From Caecitellus pseudoparvulus (Eukaryota > Protista > Bigyra: Bicosoecida), in contig CBFFRQ010000095.1 in NCBI GenBank assembly GCA_965644315.1, forward strand, positions 124,001 to 188,000: DNA of 64,000 bases. Reading direction: 5' to 3'. The position numbers were made by a program, and so were the translations under genes. The notes beneath the pieces are model-generated. The model saw only the letters and a list, made by a program, of their open reading frames with translations, ran no database searches and was not told where the DNA came from. Every line of letters starts with the position of its first letter. The stretch's first letter is position 1. Below, piece after piece: positions 34,901-44,162 of the stretch.

Positions 34901-37900
34901 GTGCCACAGCTCCTGTAGGGCTGCCTGGGCTGGGGCCGGTGACGCGGTGCTGAGTCGCGTGGCTCGCAGCAGGCGCCCCAGGCCGCCCGGCAAGCCCCGC
35001 TGCAGCACGGCTGTGAACAGGCCCAGCACCTCGTTGGCAAGCGACGCCACGCCCACAGCCCAATTGGCGTGCAGTGCGTGGGGTGGCAGCTGCTCCATCG
35101 CAGCCTCCACGCTGGGGGGGTGGGGCAGTGGCAGGAGCGCCTTGGTCCACCCACCCACCTCGGGGGCCGTGCCTTGGTCCGCCAGCTCCGCCAGTTGGTG
35201 TGCCACAGCTCGGTACGCCGGGAGAAGGCTGGCGGGGGTGCTGGGCGGGGGCGGTGCGCCCTTGCCTGAGCTGGGCGGCAGCGGCGTCTCACTGCTCCCC
35301 AGCAGGCTGCAGCCCGTGCACGCCGCCCGCAGAGCCCAGTTCAACTGCGCCAGACACCACTGCAAGGAGGGCTGCCACACCAGGTCGGGAGTGCTGGCGT
35401 CTGGCGCGGCGGAGGGAGCCCCACCTCGCCCCTCAGCCCCCTCCTCCTCGTCGGGGTCACCCACAGGCTGCACACCCCCCACGAGCAGAGCAGACCTTGC
35501 CAGCCGCAGCGCAGCCACCACCCCCAGCAGGGGACACGCCCTGGCCAGGCGCTGCAGGCAGTGCTGGGCGGCGGCAGAGACCAGCGCACCAGGGGGCAGG
35601 CAGCCTGGAGGTGCCTGCCAGGCTCCCTCGTCCACCTCCCGAGCAGGCTTGATGGGGAGGGGGGATGTGGGCGCCATGGGGGGCTTGCCGCCCTTGCCGC
35701 CCCGACCCCCCCCTCGCTTGCCGCTGCTTGGGGACCCAGACCGCTTCCCGGCACCCTCGCCCGCGGGCGCAGCCGCCATGGCTGTCGTCAGGGCAGCCGT
35801 CACGGCTGCCTGGACGGGGGCAGAAGCCACCGTGCCGACAGGCAACCCGGCGCAAGTTGCTGCGATGGCGACACTGGCCAGAGCGTGGCGTGCCGCCTGC
35901 TCAGGGGTGCAGGTGGTGGCGGGGGGGGCGGGAGGCAGCAGGGTCCAAGGATCGAAGTGCGCGGTGTCCGGCTGCGGCGGGGCAGGTGCCTCCTGTGCAG
36001 GCGCCTTGGTGCCCGGTTTGGCCGCGCCCCCCCCGCTCGCCGGCACAGCGCCAGGCGCGGCGGCACGCTCCCTCCACACCTGCCCCTCCAGCACAGCATG
36101 CAGCAGGGCAAGGGAGGGCGTCATGCCTGCCACGTGTGCCGTCAGGCGGCCCAGCTCTGCGCCGCTCCCCTGCTCGGGGACACTGCGCAGGACCAGCCCG
36201 TCACTGCCCACTGTCCAGCCCAGCCCGGCCATGATGCCAGGCACGTCTGGCGTGCCGTGGCGCTGTGCCGCTGCCATGGCTGCTTGCCAGCCCGCTGCAG
36301 CAGGGGGGGGCATGCCCAGAGAGACGAGTGCTGTTTGCAGGGCGGGGAGTGGGCCACCCCACCCGCCAGATGGGCCCACCAGGAGCGGCGAGCCCCGACG
36401 CAGCAGCGCCCCCCCGCACTGGGCGTGCGCGCTGCGCAGGGTGGGTGTCCATGCCCGCGGTGGCAGAGCGCATGCCAGGCCCATCACACCCCGTGCCAGA
36501 GCCAGGAACTCACGACCTGATGCCGCCTGGCCAGCCAGGGGTCGTGTCTCCCACCATGCCCCGGCCACGAGGCGCCCGGCCAGCAGGGGCAGGTGTGCCG
36601 TGAGGGCCACCTGGCCTGCGTGCAGGAGAGTCACTGCCCGCAACGCAGCAGCGATGTGGGCGCGGCGGGCAGGCGGCACACCCCGCCCTCCCGCCCCACT
36701 GCCGTCGGAAGGCGGCAAGACGCCGTGCACCAAAGCCGCGGCAGCCTCGGGCGCGCCGTGTCCGCCGGACAGCGCCGCCAGGAGTGCCGTCTCGGCAGGG
36801 CGCGTGTCTTGAGGGGTGTGTGCGGCGGGGCTGAGCAGGGCGCCCGCCCCCCCCACATCCGTCACCACCAGCAGCGCCAGGCACTGCGCCAGGGGTGCCA
36901 GCAGAGCCTCGGGTGCAGAGCGCAGGCGCCCCGCTCGCAGCCGGATCCAGGCCAGGGGGTCCTCCGCCGCAGGGTCCAGACTGCCCCCCGCCAGGGCCAG
37001 GAAGGGCAGTGCCACCCGAGCTGCCGCTGCCCGGGCAATGGCCCACTCACCCACACGTGCCGCCTCCACAGCTAGGTATGCCCGGAGGAGGGGGAGGGGG
37101 AGGGGTGTGGCTGCCAGGATGCTAGGCGTGGAGGGGGTCACGTGGGGCTTGGCGGAGTCCCCGTTGGAGCCTGGGCCCATGAGTGCGCCCAGCTCCCGCA
37201 CGAGGTCAGGCGACAGCTGGCCGCTGCCTTGTAGTGCTGCTCCCCCCCCCTGCAGCGCAGTCGGCATGTGCCCCACTGCAGCTGCGAAGTTGTACGTCGT
37301 GTTGCGTGTGAGGCCGCCGGCTGAGGCAGGCACCCCCGGCAGGGCTGACGTCACGCCTCCGTCTCCCCACAGGGAAGCCTGCAGCAGGGCAGGCAGTGCC
37401 ACGGGGCGTTGGTCCGGTTCGTGTGGCACGAGGAAGCGCCCTGTGCCGGGCAGGTCCACGGCACTGAGCGTGACGGCTGTGCCGGACCCGAACTCTTTCC
37501 CCAGCAGCGCCACCGCAGGGTGAGAGGTTGAGAAGGTGCCGTGCTTGGGGCTGGCCTTGCCGCTCGCCGCACCGTCGTCACGTTCGGCAGGGTGGGGCAG
37601 GAGCAGCGTGACGGAGGTGGAGCATCGCGTGACGAGGCGTGGGGGGGAGCGGTGCGTGAGGGGGGGTGCGGCGCGCTGTCCCCCCTCGGCCTCCAGCGGC
37701 CCCCACGCCTCCTCCCACCGCTGGGCCGCGGCGCTGGCGGCTTGCTGCAGGCAGGTCTCTGCTGCGTGCAGGGCCTCCCGTCGCGCCACAGCGGTTGGTA
37801 GGTGGGGCAGGGATGCCAGGTGCACCAGCACGGCCCACTCAGGGTTGGCCCCAGCCTGAGACAGCAGGCGTGCCATGGCCTGCGGTGCCACGCCATGCAC

Positions 37901-40900
37901 CTGCGCTGTAGCTCCAGTGCCTGCCGCTGCGGTGGCGGGTTGGGCGGCACTGACGGCAGTGGCGCCACCCGTCACACTGGTCACCGTGCCGGGTCGAGCA
38001 GTGCCTTGCCTCGCAGTGAAGGTGCTGCCGGGCCTGCCAGTGGACATGGCAGAGGGGGGTGGGCCCACGGCGGCGGGCAAGGGTGCAGGCACCCCGCCCT
38101 CCCCCACCACACACCCTGCCGGCAGGGCAGACGTACGGACGTACGTGTCCCAGGGACCTTCCTCCTCCAGCCGGGCGCGACCTTGGGTCGCGTGCAGGGC
38201 CGCCTCGCGTGCCCGCCCCACGCGCCGCGCCGCCGCAGCCAGGTCCAGCGAGAACAGGCAGCTGAGCACATCCGCATGCACGGCGGCGAGGGACAGGATG
38301 CCGCGCACACCCTCACTGCGGCCGGACACGGCGTGGGGATGCAGGTGCTGGGCAGCCCCTGGCGTGGGGTGCAGGGAGTCGTCCGAGGGGGGCGGTGGGT
38401 GGGCCCACGCCTCCGCGTATGGCAGGGGCATGCCGGCAGCCAGCGTCGTGAGCTGGGCCCGGATGGGTGCTGCGTGGGCCATGGCGTCGTCGTCGCCCTC
38501 GGACCCCAGCACCGCCTGGGCGCTGAAGACGGAGTCCAGGGACCGCTGCACAGCCTCCTCCACTGGCACGAGTGTCTGCAGCGCACCAGACACGTCGTCC
38601 GCCTCTGCCTGCAGCACAGCCACAACGATGCCTAGGCGCCCCACACTGCCAGCGTCTGCCGGGGACAGGGGGGCACCCCGCCGCGCCACGGCCAACACGC
38701 CTCGCAGGGCAGCACTGCCCCACCCCCGAATGGCGCAGCGCACCACCGAGGCTCGCTGGGCGGCGGCAAAGGGCGTGTCCTCGCCACAGTGCCCCAGCTG
38801 CAGGGAGCCCGCCCCTCGCCATGCCTCCAGGGCCAGCACGGCAGTGGACAAGTGCTGGGCACCCTGCAACACCAGGCCAGGGTGCGAGTCCACGATGTTG
38901 AAGCCAGGTTGGCGCAGCAGTGACGTCAGCACTGCCGCCAGGGTGTCTGCGCTGTGTGGAGATAGGGCCAGGCTGGGGGGGAACAGGGACGCGCTGCCGC
39001 CTGCCTCGTCCGAGGCGCCCTCCTCCCCCTCCTCCTCCAGACCCGCCAGGCAAGCTGCCAGGGCGGGAGAGGGGGCGGGGAGCAGGGGCGCCAGCAGTGC
39101 CGCTGCCTGCCCACTCCACACGCCAGGAGTGGCAGTGGCCTCCGAGACTGCACGGCGCAGGGCCAGGCACTTGCCAGACATTTGCAGGCGGTGCAGCTGC
39201 ACCAAGGAGGGGGGGTCATCTGGGTCCAGAGGAGGGGTCACGCCCGCCGAGCCACTCTCATCCAGCTCCGGCAAGTGCATCCCCCCCTCCACATCCCCTT
39301 CTGGGGATGGAAGGGGGGTGCCGGTGGGCCAGGCGGGGTGAGGCGGCGCCAGAGTGAAGGCCAGACCCCGCACGCCCCAAGTGACCACCAGGCGCAAACC
39401 TAGCCCGGCAGCCATGTCCTCCACCGCATCCCCATCCACAGCAGGGTCCCCCCTCAGCAGCGGCAGGTGCAGCGCCATGCCGACCATGTCAGTCGAGCAG
39501 GTGGCAAAGCCAGCTGCCCGGGCAAGCGCTCCCCACACTCGGAATTCCGCAGTGAGAGAGAGAAGGCCGTGCCACTGCCCCGCGGGCGTGTCTGTGACAG
39601 CTGCTGTCGCCTCGGCTAGCTGGCAGTGCAGTGCCAGGGGCAAGGCCGCAGCCAGGCGAGAAGCCTCCACGTCCTCCAGTGTGAGGGGCGGGGTGGACGC
39701 AGCACCCCCCTCGCCCCCCTCTGCATCCGCCCCTGTCTCACCCTCTCCCAGCAGAGCCCCCCGCAGCGCCAGGAATGGCACATGACAGGCGGCCAACTGG
39801 GGCGCCACCTCACCCAACGCAGCAGCCATGGCCTGAGGACAGGCATCAGCCAAGAGCAAAGTGCTGGCCAGAGCCGTGCGCAGTCCAGCGGCGGTGGAGG
39901 GTGCAGCAGCCACTGCAGAGCGCAGTGCGAGGTCCGGCTGCACCAGGCCATGTGCGGCGGTGGCCATGGCTTGCAAGCGGAAGCGGGCGTGGTCCAGGGC
40001 CGCCACGGCACTGCGCGGGATGGGGGGGTCCATGGCCAGCTCCGCCTGCAGCTGGCGAGTGGCGGCCAGGCCGTGTGCGGCGATCCCAGCGGCACCCTTG
40101 GGGGAGTTTGCCGCCAGGTGGGCCTGGCTCGCCGCTGCCCACAACGAGACACGCCAGGGAAGGTACGGAGTGCCACAGAGGATGAGGGTGGCCTGCACGG
40201 CATGCAGAGCCCAGGTGAGCAGGGCTGCTGCTTCTGGGGCCGCGGCAGAGGGGGCTGCAAAGGGCGTGCTTGCGGCACTGCCGAGGCAGCTTCCCCGTCC
40301 GCTGGCCAGCAGCAGGCGTGCCACCCGCATCGCCAGGGAAACGCCGTTGTACACGAGCCAGTACAGCGCCTCACGCACCGCGCTGGGGCGGGTGGTGATT
40401 GCGCCCACTGCGCCTTGGATAAGCCCAGAGGCCTGTCGTGCCGTGCGCAGAGCGGCCGCCGGGGACGCAGTCGGCGCCAGGCTGGCCAGCGCCACCTCAG
40501 CCAGACCAAGGAGCGTGCGGGAGAACACCTCCACCAGGTGCAATGGAGCAGAGGGTGGGAGAACCAGCGTTCCCTCCTCCTCCTGCACTCCCTGTGTCAG
40601 CAGCAGCGCCACAGCTCGGCGGTAGGCTGCATCGAGAGCGGAAATTGGTGCGCCTGCATCGGCCAGCGCCGCACCTGCCGCCAGCAGGCCTTCCAGCGTC
40701 GCGAGAGGGCCAGCTGAGCGCACTGTACGCTGAGTTGCCTTGATAAAGTCCTGCTCAGCTCCACGGAACCTGGAGCCCTGCTCCGCAGCCCCGGCAGAGT
40801 GGCAAACTGCACTGTCGCCCGGCGCCCAAGCCGTTTTTGACGGCAGGGCCAGCTGGACGAGGGCAGCCGCAGAGTCTGTGATGGCGGCGGCCTTGCTCTC

Positions 40901-40903
40901 CAT
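28994..40903 (-). CDS. CFAP54: Cilia- and flagella-associated protein 54 homolog (central-pair C1d), ~3,970 aa, apparently intronless
   Basis: YWLVYNG, PYLPWRVSLWAA, PPRLVTRCSTSVTL, LLGKEFGSGTAVTL...LPGTG, GLTRNTTYNFAAA and ILAATPLP occur in the order of the conserved CFAP54 blocks. Start placed at ATG 40903. Confidence 0.75.
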   Translation of the reverse strand: MESKAAAITDSAAALVQLALPSKTAWAPGDSAVCHSAGAAEQGSRFRGAEQDFIKATQRTVRSAGPLATLEGLLAAGAALADAGAPISALDAAYRRAVALLLTQGVQEEEGTLVLPPSAPLHLVEVFSRTLLGLAEVALASLAPTASPAAALRTARQASGLIQGAVGAITTRPSAVREALYWLVYNGVSLAMRVARLLLASGRGSCLGSAASTPFAAPSAAAPEAAALLTWALHAVQATLILCGTPYLPWRVSLWAAASQAHLAANSPKGAAGIAAHGLAATRQLQAELAMDPPIPRSAVAALDHARFRLQAMATAAHGLVQPDLALRSAVAAAPSTAAGLRTALASTLLLADACPQAMAAALGEVAPQLAACHVPFLALRGALLGEGETGADAEGGEGGAASTPPLTLEDVEASRLAAALPLALHCQLAEATAAVTDTPAGQWHGLLSLTAEFRVWGALARAAGFATCSTDMVGMALHLPLLRGDPAVDGDAVEDMAAGLGLRLVVTWGVRGLAFTLAPPHPAWPTGTPLPSPEGDVEGGMHLPELDESGSAGVTPPLDPDDPPSLVQLHRLQMSGKCLALRRAVSEATATPGVWSGQAAALLAPLLPAPSPALAACLAGLEEEGEEGASDEAGGSASLFPPSLALSPHSADTLAAVLTSLLRQPGFNIVDSHPGLVLQGAQHLSTAVLALEAWRGAGSLQLGHCGEDTPFAAAQRASVVRCAIRGWGSAALRGVLAVARRGAPLSPADAGSVGRLGIVVAVLQAEADDVSGALQTLVPVEEAVQRSLDSVFSAQAVLGSEGDDDAMAHAAPIRAQLTTLAAGMPLPYAEAWAHPPPPSDDSLHPTPGAAQHLHPHAVSGRSEGVRGILSLAAVHADVLSCLFSLDLAAAARRVGRAREAALHATQGRARLEEEGPWDTYVRTSALPAGCVVGEGGVPAPLPAAVGPPPSAMSTGRPGSTFTARQGTARPGTVTSVTGGATAVSAAQPATAAAGTGATAQVHGVAPQAMARLLSQAGANPEWAVLVHLASLPHLPTAVARREALHAAETCLQQAASAAAQRWEEAWGPLEAEGGQRAAPPLTHRSPPRLVTRCSTSVTLLLPHPAERDDGAASGKASPKHGTFSTSHPAVALLGKEFGSGTAVTLSAVDLPGTGRFLVPHEPDQRPVALPALLQASLWGDGGVTSALPGVPASAGGLTRNTTYNFAAAVGHMPTALQGGGAALQGSGQLSPDLVRELGALMGPGSNGDSAKPHVTPSTPSILAATPLPLPLLRAYLAVEAARVGEWAIARAAAARVALPFLALAGGSLDPAAEDPLAWIRLRAGRLRSAPEALLAPLAQCLALLVVTDVGGAGALLSPAAHTPQDTRPAETALLAALSGGHGAPEAAAALVHGVLPPSDGSGAGGRGVPPARRAHIAAALRAVTLLHAGQVALTAHLPLLAGRLVAGAWWETRPLAGQAASGREFLALARGVMGLACALPPRAWTPTLRSAHAQCGGALLRRGSPLLVGPSGGWGGPLPALQTALVSLGMPPPAAAGWQAAMAAAQRHGTPDVPGIMAGLGWTVGSDGLVLRSVPEQGSGAELGRLTAHVAGMTPSLALLHAVLEGQVWRERAAAPGAVPASGGGAAKPGTKAPAQEAPAPPQPDTAHFDPWTLLPPAPPATTCTPEQAARHALASVAIAATCAGLPVGTVASAPVQAAVTAALTTAMAAAPAGEGAGKRSGSPSSGKRGGGRGGKGGKPPMAPTSPLPIKPAREVDEGAWQAPPGCLPPGALVSAAAQHCLQRLARACPLLGVVAALRLARSALLVGGVQPVGDPDEEEGAEGRGGAPSAAPDASTPDLVWQPSLQWCLAQLNWALRAACTGCSLLGSSETPLPPSSGKGAPPPPSTPASLLPAYRAVAHQLAELADQGTAPEVGGWTKALLPLPHPPSVEAAMEQLPPHALHANWAVGVASLANEVLGLFTAVLQRGLPGGLGRLLRATRLSTASPAPAQAALQELWHALHRHLPGKEGGDQAATAAMAGPGAVAVAEARQAALDNPVPLSVPLAQAGVRWEDVLAASAERAPGALPTSGLSANHRHVLLCLARLQATGLRAGAAAWRGVVGRPLPSWAASWSDASHSGTPAPRGPSTGPLLDVRQLCADDVQQAREVAAADAAAAAHRAAGLEVAPGDGPPPPAALEPVPTPSLPCPPPSLDEAAVRRAWSRCAAGAPGHAVLALVEGCASPQQASQLATLHTAACAAAVLHTAADAAVLGVASAGWGIVAEACDGAWAHITRHHVQPQAWHCMSPVGTAPLDMLPSLDASTLQPLLSEGVTEAEAAMPALVTAAQEQVTAAAQAVTGSCAAVWRLGAAAAALLRGVASGGIMLTHGAALATAGLHPTAVLSGEVGGAAPLALQEDVQGESVDDQDGMVVAEEDEGGSVEGGGSPPPTPTSRVDIADVLAAARLLAWCQGVLLSAWQWEQAGELAAAAAGVLEGVLAAAGTTRGTSPVAGAGPWSGVGTSHSHAPRALVNFSGAWDVPSSVVGGTRLDTWSALVRGRAEAAAASAAALSRSSLAGDIQEALASAVSLGTTAAQCSAAVAVQHATTLSDTSAQLATRLQALLDSDLRRKRRQALLVDDGQDMLNPAQRAVDLVLDREQAALEALARAATTRTVRAEALEGWRQALRQSTPAAQRSLAAAREALEDLAAAASASFEEQGAPLVDRPGSAGGGGHMGILRALRSPSQRQTVTFHPAPTPTSLMAQAGDVVAAYEAVLPALRARQDTPALSAALLEQGCAAMSVGGAGAAAAAAAAWGDALDACFGHLDSAKPGVWQGLVAGMVPRGGDAPPKTPAPEGLGAGVLTRMGACGPAMAATAAGLLAATDASLNEAERDACAALAALLCGVGEEGEAALGGRVWQHSRLLPLPLFVLALRHCAVRLLSHADGRYTPLLLPLLRCLLHVTHLTLASPAQTLQVHVWLALACARGGDLPAATGHLAKVYGGDVWPGQAPTGAAGQTGTLADKAVTGGVTRLPALPPNVAVGSPAALPTLQWLTDASLVPDEGVLGAVPGDLVQDLALARAEVLLACARQTSATAPAQPALPPCSGDAGVAMDGGVWMGPLPGTDGTSPRPSSTSSSPRSAGKRGSSKDKQAASATALLPSAGAWDGPPLQASAMGLTQQLTGASVALARRVAAQAGLLRAPMPDARGRWALCSLMGSADVQDGGAAPSPRAVRAALLIGGARLVAGQFHAASAAAAVAGELLEALSARAEQGAASFWADGGVAAHPPLSSPAGCTLWLQCAQLNIAALLGVGALSQAAEAAGLAVVAARQAHDVTAELNCSLLAAQAQVRLGLQAEALATLHQALSRGLAVGEGVLDLLIPALHGGMSGLQGQLVAGAVPLATLAATCTATATLLRQGVALAEQGMDISTPSAASLLQRAVHLLMAGGAAQGKVGALAMASSGTASPRTGWLRREGCTAFAPALAQALHASAQHSLGVLLTAPRVQAAHCEALRQGLAQSRLALGVLDAVQHPVDALRVSVHLSIAHALRQCAQARLHTVQTERVAAAAHDDAVMVQTWMQEAEASLIAVASALASDAALASTHAKALWQEVAAVRCVALQAQSTLAPPSPAAGPEESPDGSAMDSPVHAMWTVDSVSVLAAVQQCLALQGRSTPAGLDVPAAALPHATRADLAVAAAAEAVLDSEVTLVAQGQQPDPRVEASTVPHCVDGVPAGQVHACLQALRSRAASSMVPHTCHLLPALAVLGTAVHDVTAACLQRAVPSEEQALAGEGGVTASAPASCQQCQSVWTGPNPSACTSHRLFTVLLPSPAAPAVPSACPEGLWVQVVAVVGGPSPEAQPTTARSRKSTKESALEAAAVEARHATLHTVPQAALVQAAGVATAAADAASRSLTQFARSGRVHSTLQQLLSLGQMLLPHSRLVPGSAVQEGLRDVLVSLAGVLARGGGSLPLQVADEDAEAKLQ

Positions 40904-41106
40904 AGTGGCGTCAATGGATGCCCGTGAACACTGCTCGCTAGCTTGGCCTGGCGCTCGGAGCGCGAAAACGCCTGGCACAGCTGGACAGCACTACGCAAGC
41001 CTGACAGTGTGCAGGGCTGCCAAGATCGCGAGCGACACCGCAACCCCTTGCTGGACAGCGCGCAAAGAAGAAGCGACCACATTCAGCCGAGGCAAGTGTG
41101 CACGAC

Positions 41107-42183
41107 ATGGGATTCTGCAGGTCGATTTTGCAAGTGCGCAAGGCAGTGCTCAGGCCACTCCTCGGTGCTACCATGGGCGGGTGCCTGGATGCTGTGCTGA
41201 GTGCCAAGTGCACCTTTGTTCGCATGGGGGTGAGTGCCCTGCATGCCCCGACGCCTATGAAAGGCCTTGGGGGTGTGGACCCGGCTCACGGCTGGCTTGT
41301 GTCTTCTCGTGTCGCAGATCGGAGCAGTGGAGGACTCATTCCTGGCGCTGCTGCAGCCAGCTGTACTTGCAGAGACGTACAAGGCGCTGGTGCAGCAAGA
41401 AAAGAATGGGGTAGAATTGAAGCGACACCTGCACTTCATGGAGGAGTGCATGTCCATGACGCCTGAGGTGCTGATGAGGGAGATGGAGGAAGGGTGGACG
41501 AAGAGGCCTGAGAGCATCAGCGAGGAAGTCTGTACGGAGCTGTGGAGGGTCCACATGCGCCAAGCGTTTGAGGATGTAGTGCGGAGACGAGCGGGGGCTT
41601 CACTGGGTGACCAGCAAGTGCCTGCCGCCATCTGAGGCAGCAAGCACTGAGCTTGTGCCAAGCATGGAGCCCTGAGGATGCTGTGGCCCTCGCTCAAGTG
41701 TTTAATCATTTCAACCCCAAGGAGTTTGACGACTTCCTGTGCGACGTGAGCCTTTGTCCAGCCAACGAGATGACGCGAAGACACGGGTGCTCTGCGTTTG
41801 CATGCGTTTGCCCCTGCAGCGACAAAGCTCTGGATATACTCCTCATTGATAGCCCATGGATGTTTTCCCGTCAGTTTCTGCTGTACCGCCTGCAAATGGA
41901 GCAAGCAAAGTGTGGGGGCGAGTGCTTTGGAGCTGGAGATAGCGACCTACCTTTCTTGCGAAGTAGATGGCGCCCCTGCCATTCTTGTAGAGCCGCCATC
42001 CTGTGCCAAGGCGAACATCATCTTGTCTCAGGTATCTGCAGGGAGACGATTTGTTCCTCTGCTCGATGTGAGGTGCTCCGTGTCGTGGCTCGCGTCCTCA
42101 GGAGAGCGATCTGTGACCTGCAGCGCAACAGCTCCGGCCAGAGACGGGATGGACGGCGCCAGAGGTGCAACCTAGGCCTTTGA
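41107..42183 (+). pseudogene. Probably frameshifted gene carrying one copy of the novel ~150-aa module shared with the 54.6-58.1 kb gene; intron 41230-41317
   Basis: Spliced AVLSAKCTFVRMG|IGAVEDSFLALLQP aligns with the modules at 55-56.3 kb. The frame stops at 41635, while protein-like sequence (HLRQQALSLCQAWSPEDAVALAQVFNHF) continues in another frame. Confidence 0.5.
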
Positions 42184-42847
42184 GACACCCCCGCCGAGGA
42201 TCCTGGACCTCCATTGAACTGTGCATCCCCTGTTCATACTCGAGACTTGCGTCAAGTTCACTTTAGCGCGTAAACTGCGGATAAATCCCATGTGATACAA
42301 GTCCAGACCTCTTCCTGCAACAGAGCACGATCTGGGCAAGCAACGTGCAGCCGGCTCGCCAATGGACACAGCAATGATTCCATAGCTGGAACGCACATCA
42401 CTGGCTTGCGTTTGTTTGCTATTTTGGCCAACAGAGGCCATGTTTGGAATAGTGTTGTGTTTGAAACCCTGCTGTTTCGCTGAATGAAAATGCACCTGAG
42501 CCCGTGGCTCACGATGCCTGTAAATCTCACACACAGGAACATAACCGATACGCTACTGTGAAGTTGGTGATTCAGTTTTGCAAAATGAGGCAAGAAACCG
42601 TTGCTTGAGCGACTCATTTCTCAGATTGTGCACAACTTTCAGTCTTTGTCGCACTGCACACTGCAGCGAGTAGCGCAGCTCGCAACAAAACTGCATAACC
42701 ACGCACGCTCAACGCCTCTCACGTGTCGTGTGCTTCTTAATCTGCACCTGGGTTGCTCTGGCGCTCCCGAGCAATTTTTGGAGGCTCAACAAGCGAGCGT
42801 TACGCCGGCGTTTCAGCGCCCGACCACCTCGCACACCACCGCTCGCC

Positions 42848-43917
42848 ATGGCCAGCAGCCTGGTGAAGTATGACAACCCAGTCTTGGTGACGTCCTCGAA
42901 GAAGAAGCGAGGGGGCAAGATCCCCGCAGCGGAAGCCAAGGTGCGACGACGCAACGCGGGGCATGGAGGCACGCCAGTACTCCACTCGTGTCCTGTCCTC
43001 CCTGTTTGCAGCAACAACTGACTGCCACCGAGGACATCTTGAACAGCATCCTGCCACCTAGGTGTGTGCTTATCGCCTGTGTCGCCTGACTATCCGCGCC
43101 CGATGTGTGGGGACGGCGCCAGGCTTGTCACTTCTCAGCGCGCACGATCTTCATCGCGACGCTGCACAGGGAGTGGACGGCAGACGGCCAGCTGTGGGTG
43201 CAGTACGTCTCCAGCACCCCCGCAACACGCCTGGACGTCATCAACCTCCAAGTACGTGCCTGTGGATCTCGTGTCTCGTTCCCTGCCGCCCCGCGTGAAG
43301 CTTGGCAGCGACTGGGCTGTGGCTTGCGCTGTGGGAAGCGGTGCGGCACTGGCCTCCTCCGTCCCTGCAGGAGCAACTGGACTTGAAGCTGCAGCAGCGC
43401 CAGGCCCGCGAAACTGGCGTGTGTCCAATTCGCGAGGAGCTGTACGCGCAGTGCTTCGGTGCGTGGTGTCCGCCAGACGCAGCACCCACCGCCCGAACCT
43501 TCACCCCCCTCCGCCTCTCACTGCGCACCAGACGAACTCATCCGCCAAGTGACCATCAACTGCGCTGAGCGGGGCCTGCTGCTGCTGCGTGTGCGGGATG
43601 AGATCCGCATGACCATCGCAGCGTACCAGACCCTGTACGAGAGCAGCATCGCCTTCGGCATGCGCAAGGCGCTGATGGGGGAGCAGCGGCGGGGCGAGAT
43701 GCGGGAGGACATCAAGCGCCTGGGGCAGGAGAAGAGCGACCTGCAGCGGCAGGTGGCGGGCCTGCGCGCCAAGCTGGAGGAGCTGGAAGCCAGCGAGGCG
43801 GCACGGTCTGCCGCCGACGCCGAGCGGCATGCCGCCGAGGTGGCCACGCTGCAGGCCAACAACGCAGCGCTCAAGGCGAAGCTGGAGGATATCCTCGCGG
43901 CGCCGTCCAAGAAGTGA
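42848..43917 (+). CDS. DNALI1: Axonemal inner-arm dynein light chain p28; exons 42848-42940, 43012-43061, 43170-43251, 43371-43458, 43532-43917
   Basis: SLVKYDNPVLV, EDILNSILPPREW, QYVSSTPATRLDVINLQE, RQARETGVCPIREELYAQCFDELIRQVTINCAERGLLLLRVRDE, YESSIAFGMRKAL. Confidence 0.96.
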
Positions 43918-44162
43918 GCGCGTGGCAGTCGTCGCGCTGCTGTGGCAAAGCAAGCCGCTGGGAGAGTTCGGGAAGGGGGGGGGCAGTGCCCGGCTCCCCA
44001 GACACACGGCAAGGTGGCAGTGCCACATCCTGCATACAATGTGATGTTCGCGCACCGCCACCGCACACAACTAGTCACCCCCCGCTGCTGCCGCTTCCCT
44101 GCTGCTGCTGTGCGGAATTCGGGTCTGCACCTGCTCCCGCCCACACCCAGCCCCCGCACACC

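Noticed and set aside
29175-40717. Many long antisense or alternative-frame ORFs within CFAP54 (e.g. 34842-36812, 37875-39341)
   Set aside because: Expected from scarce stop codons at very high GC; low-complexity products without domain signatures.
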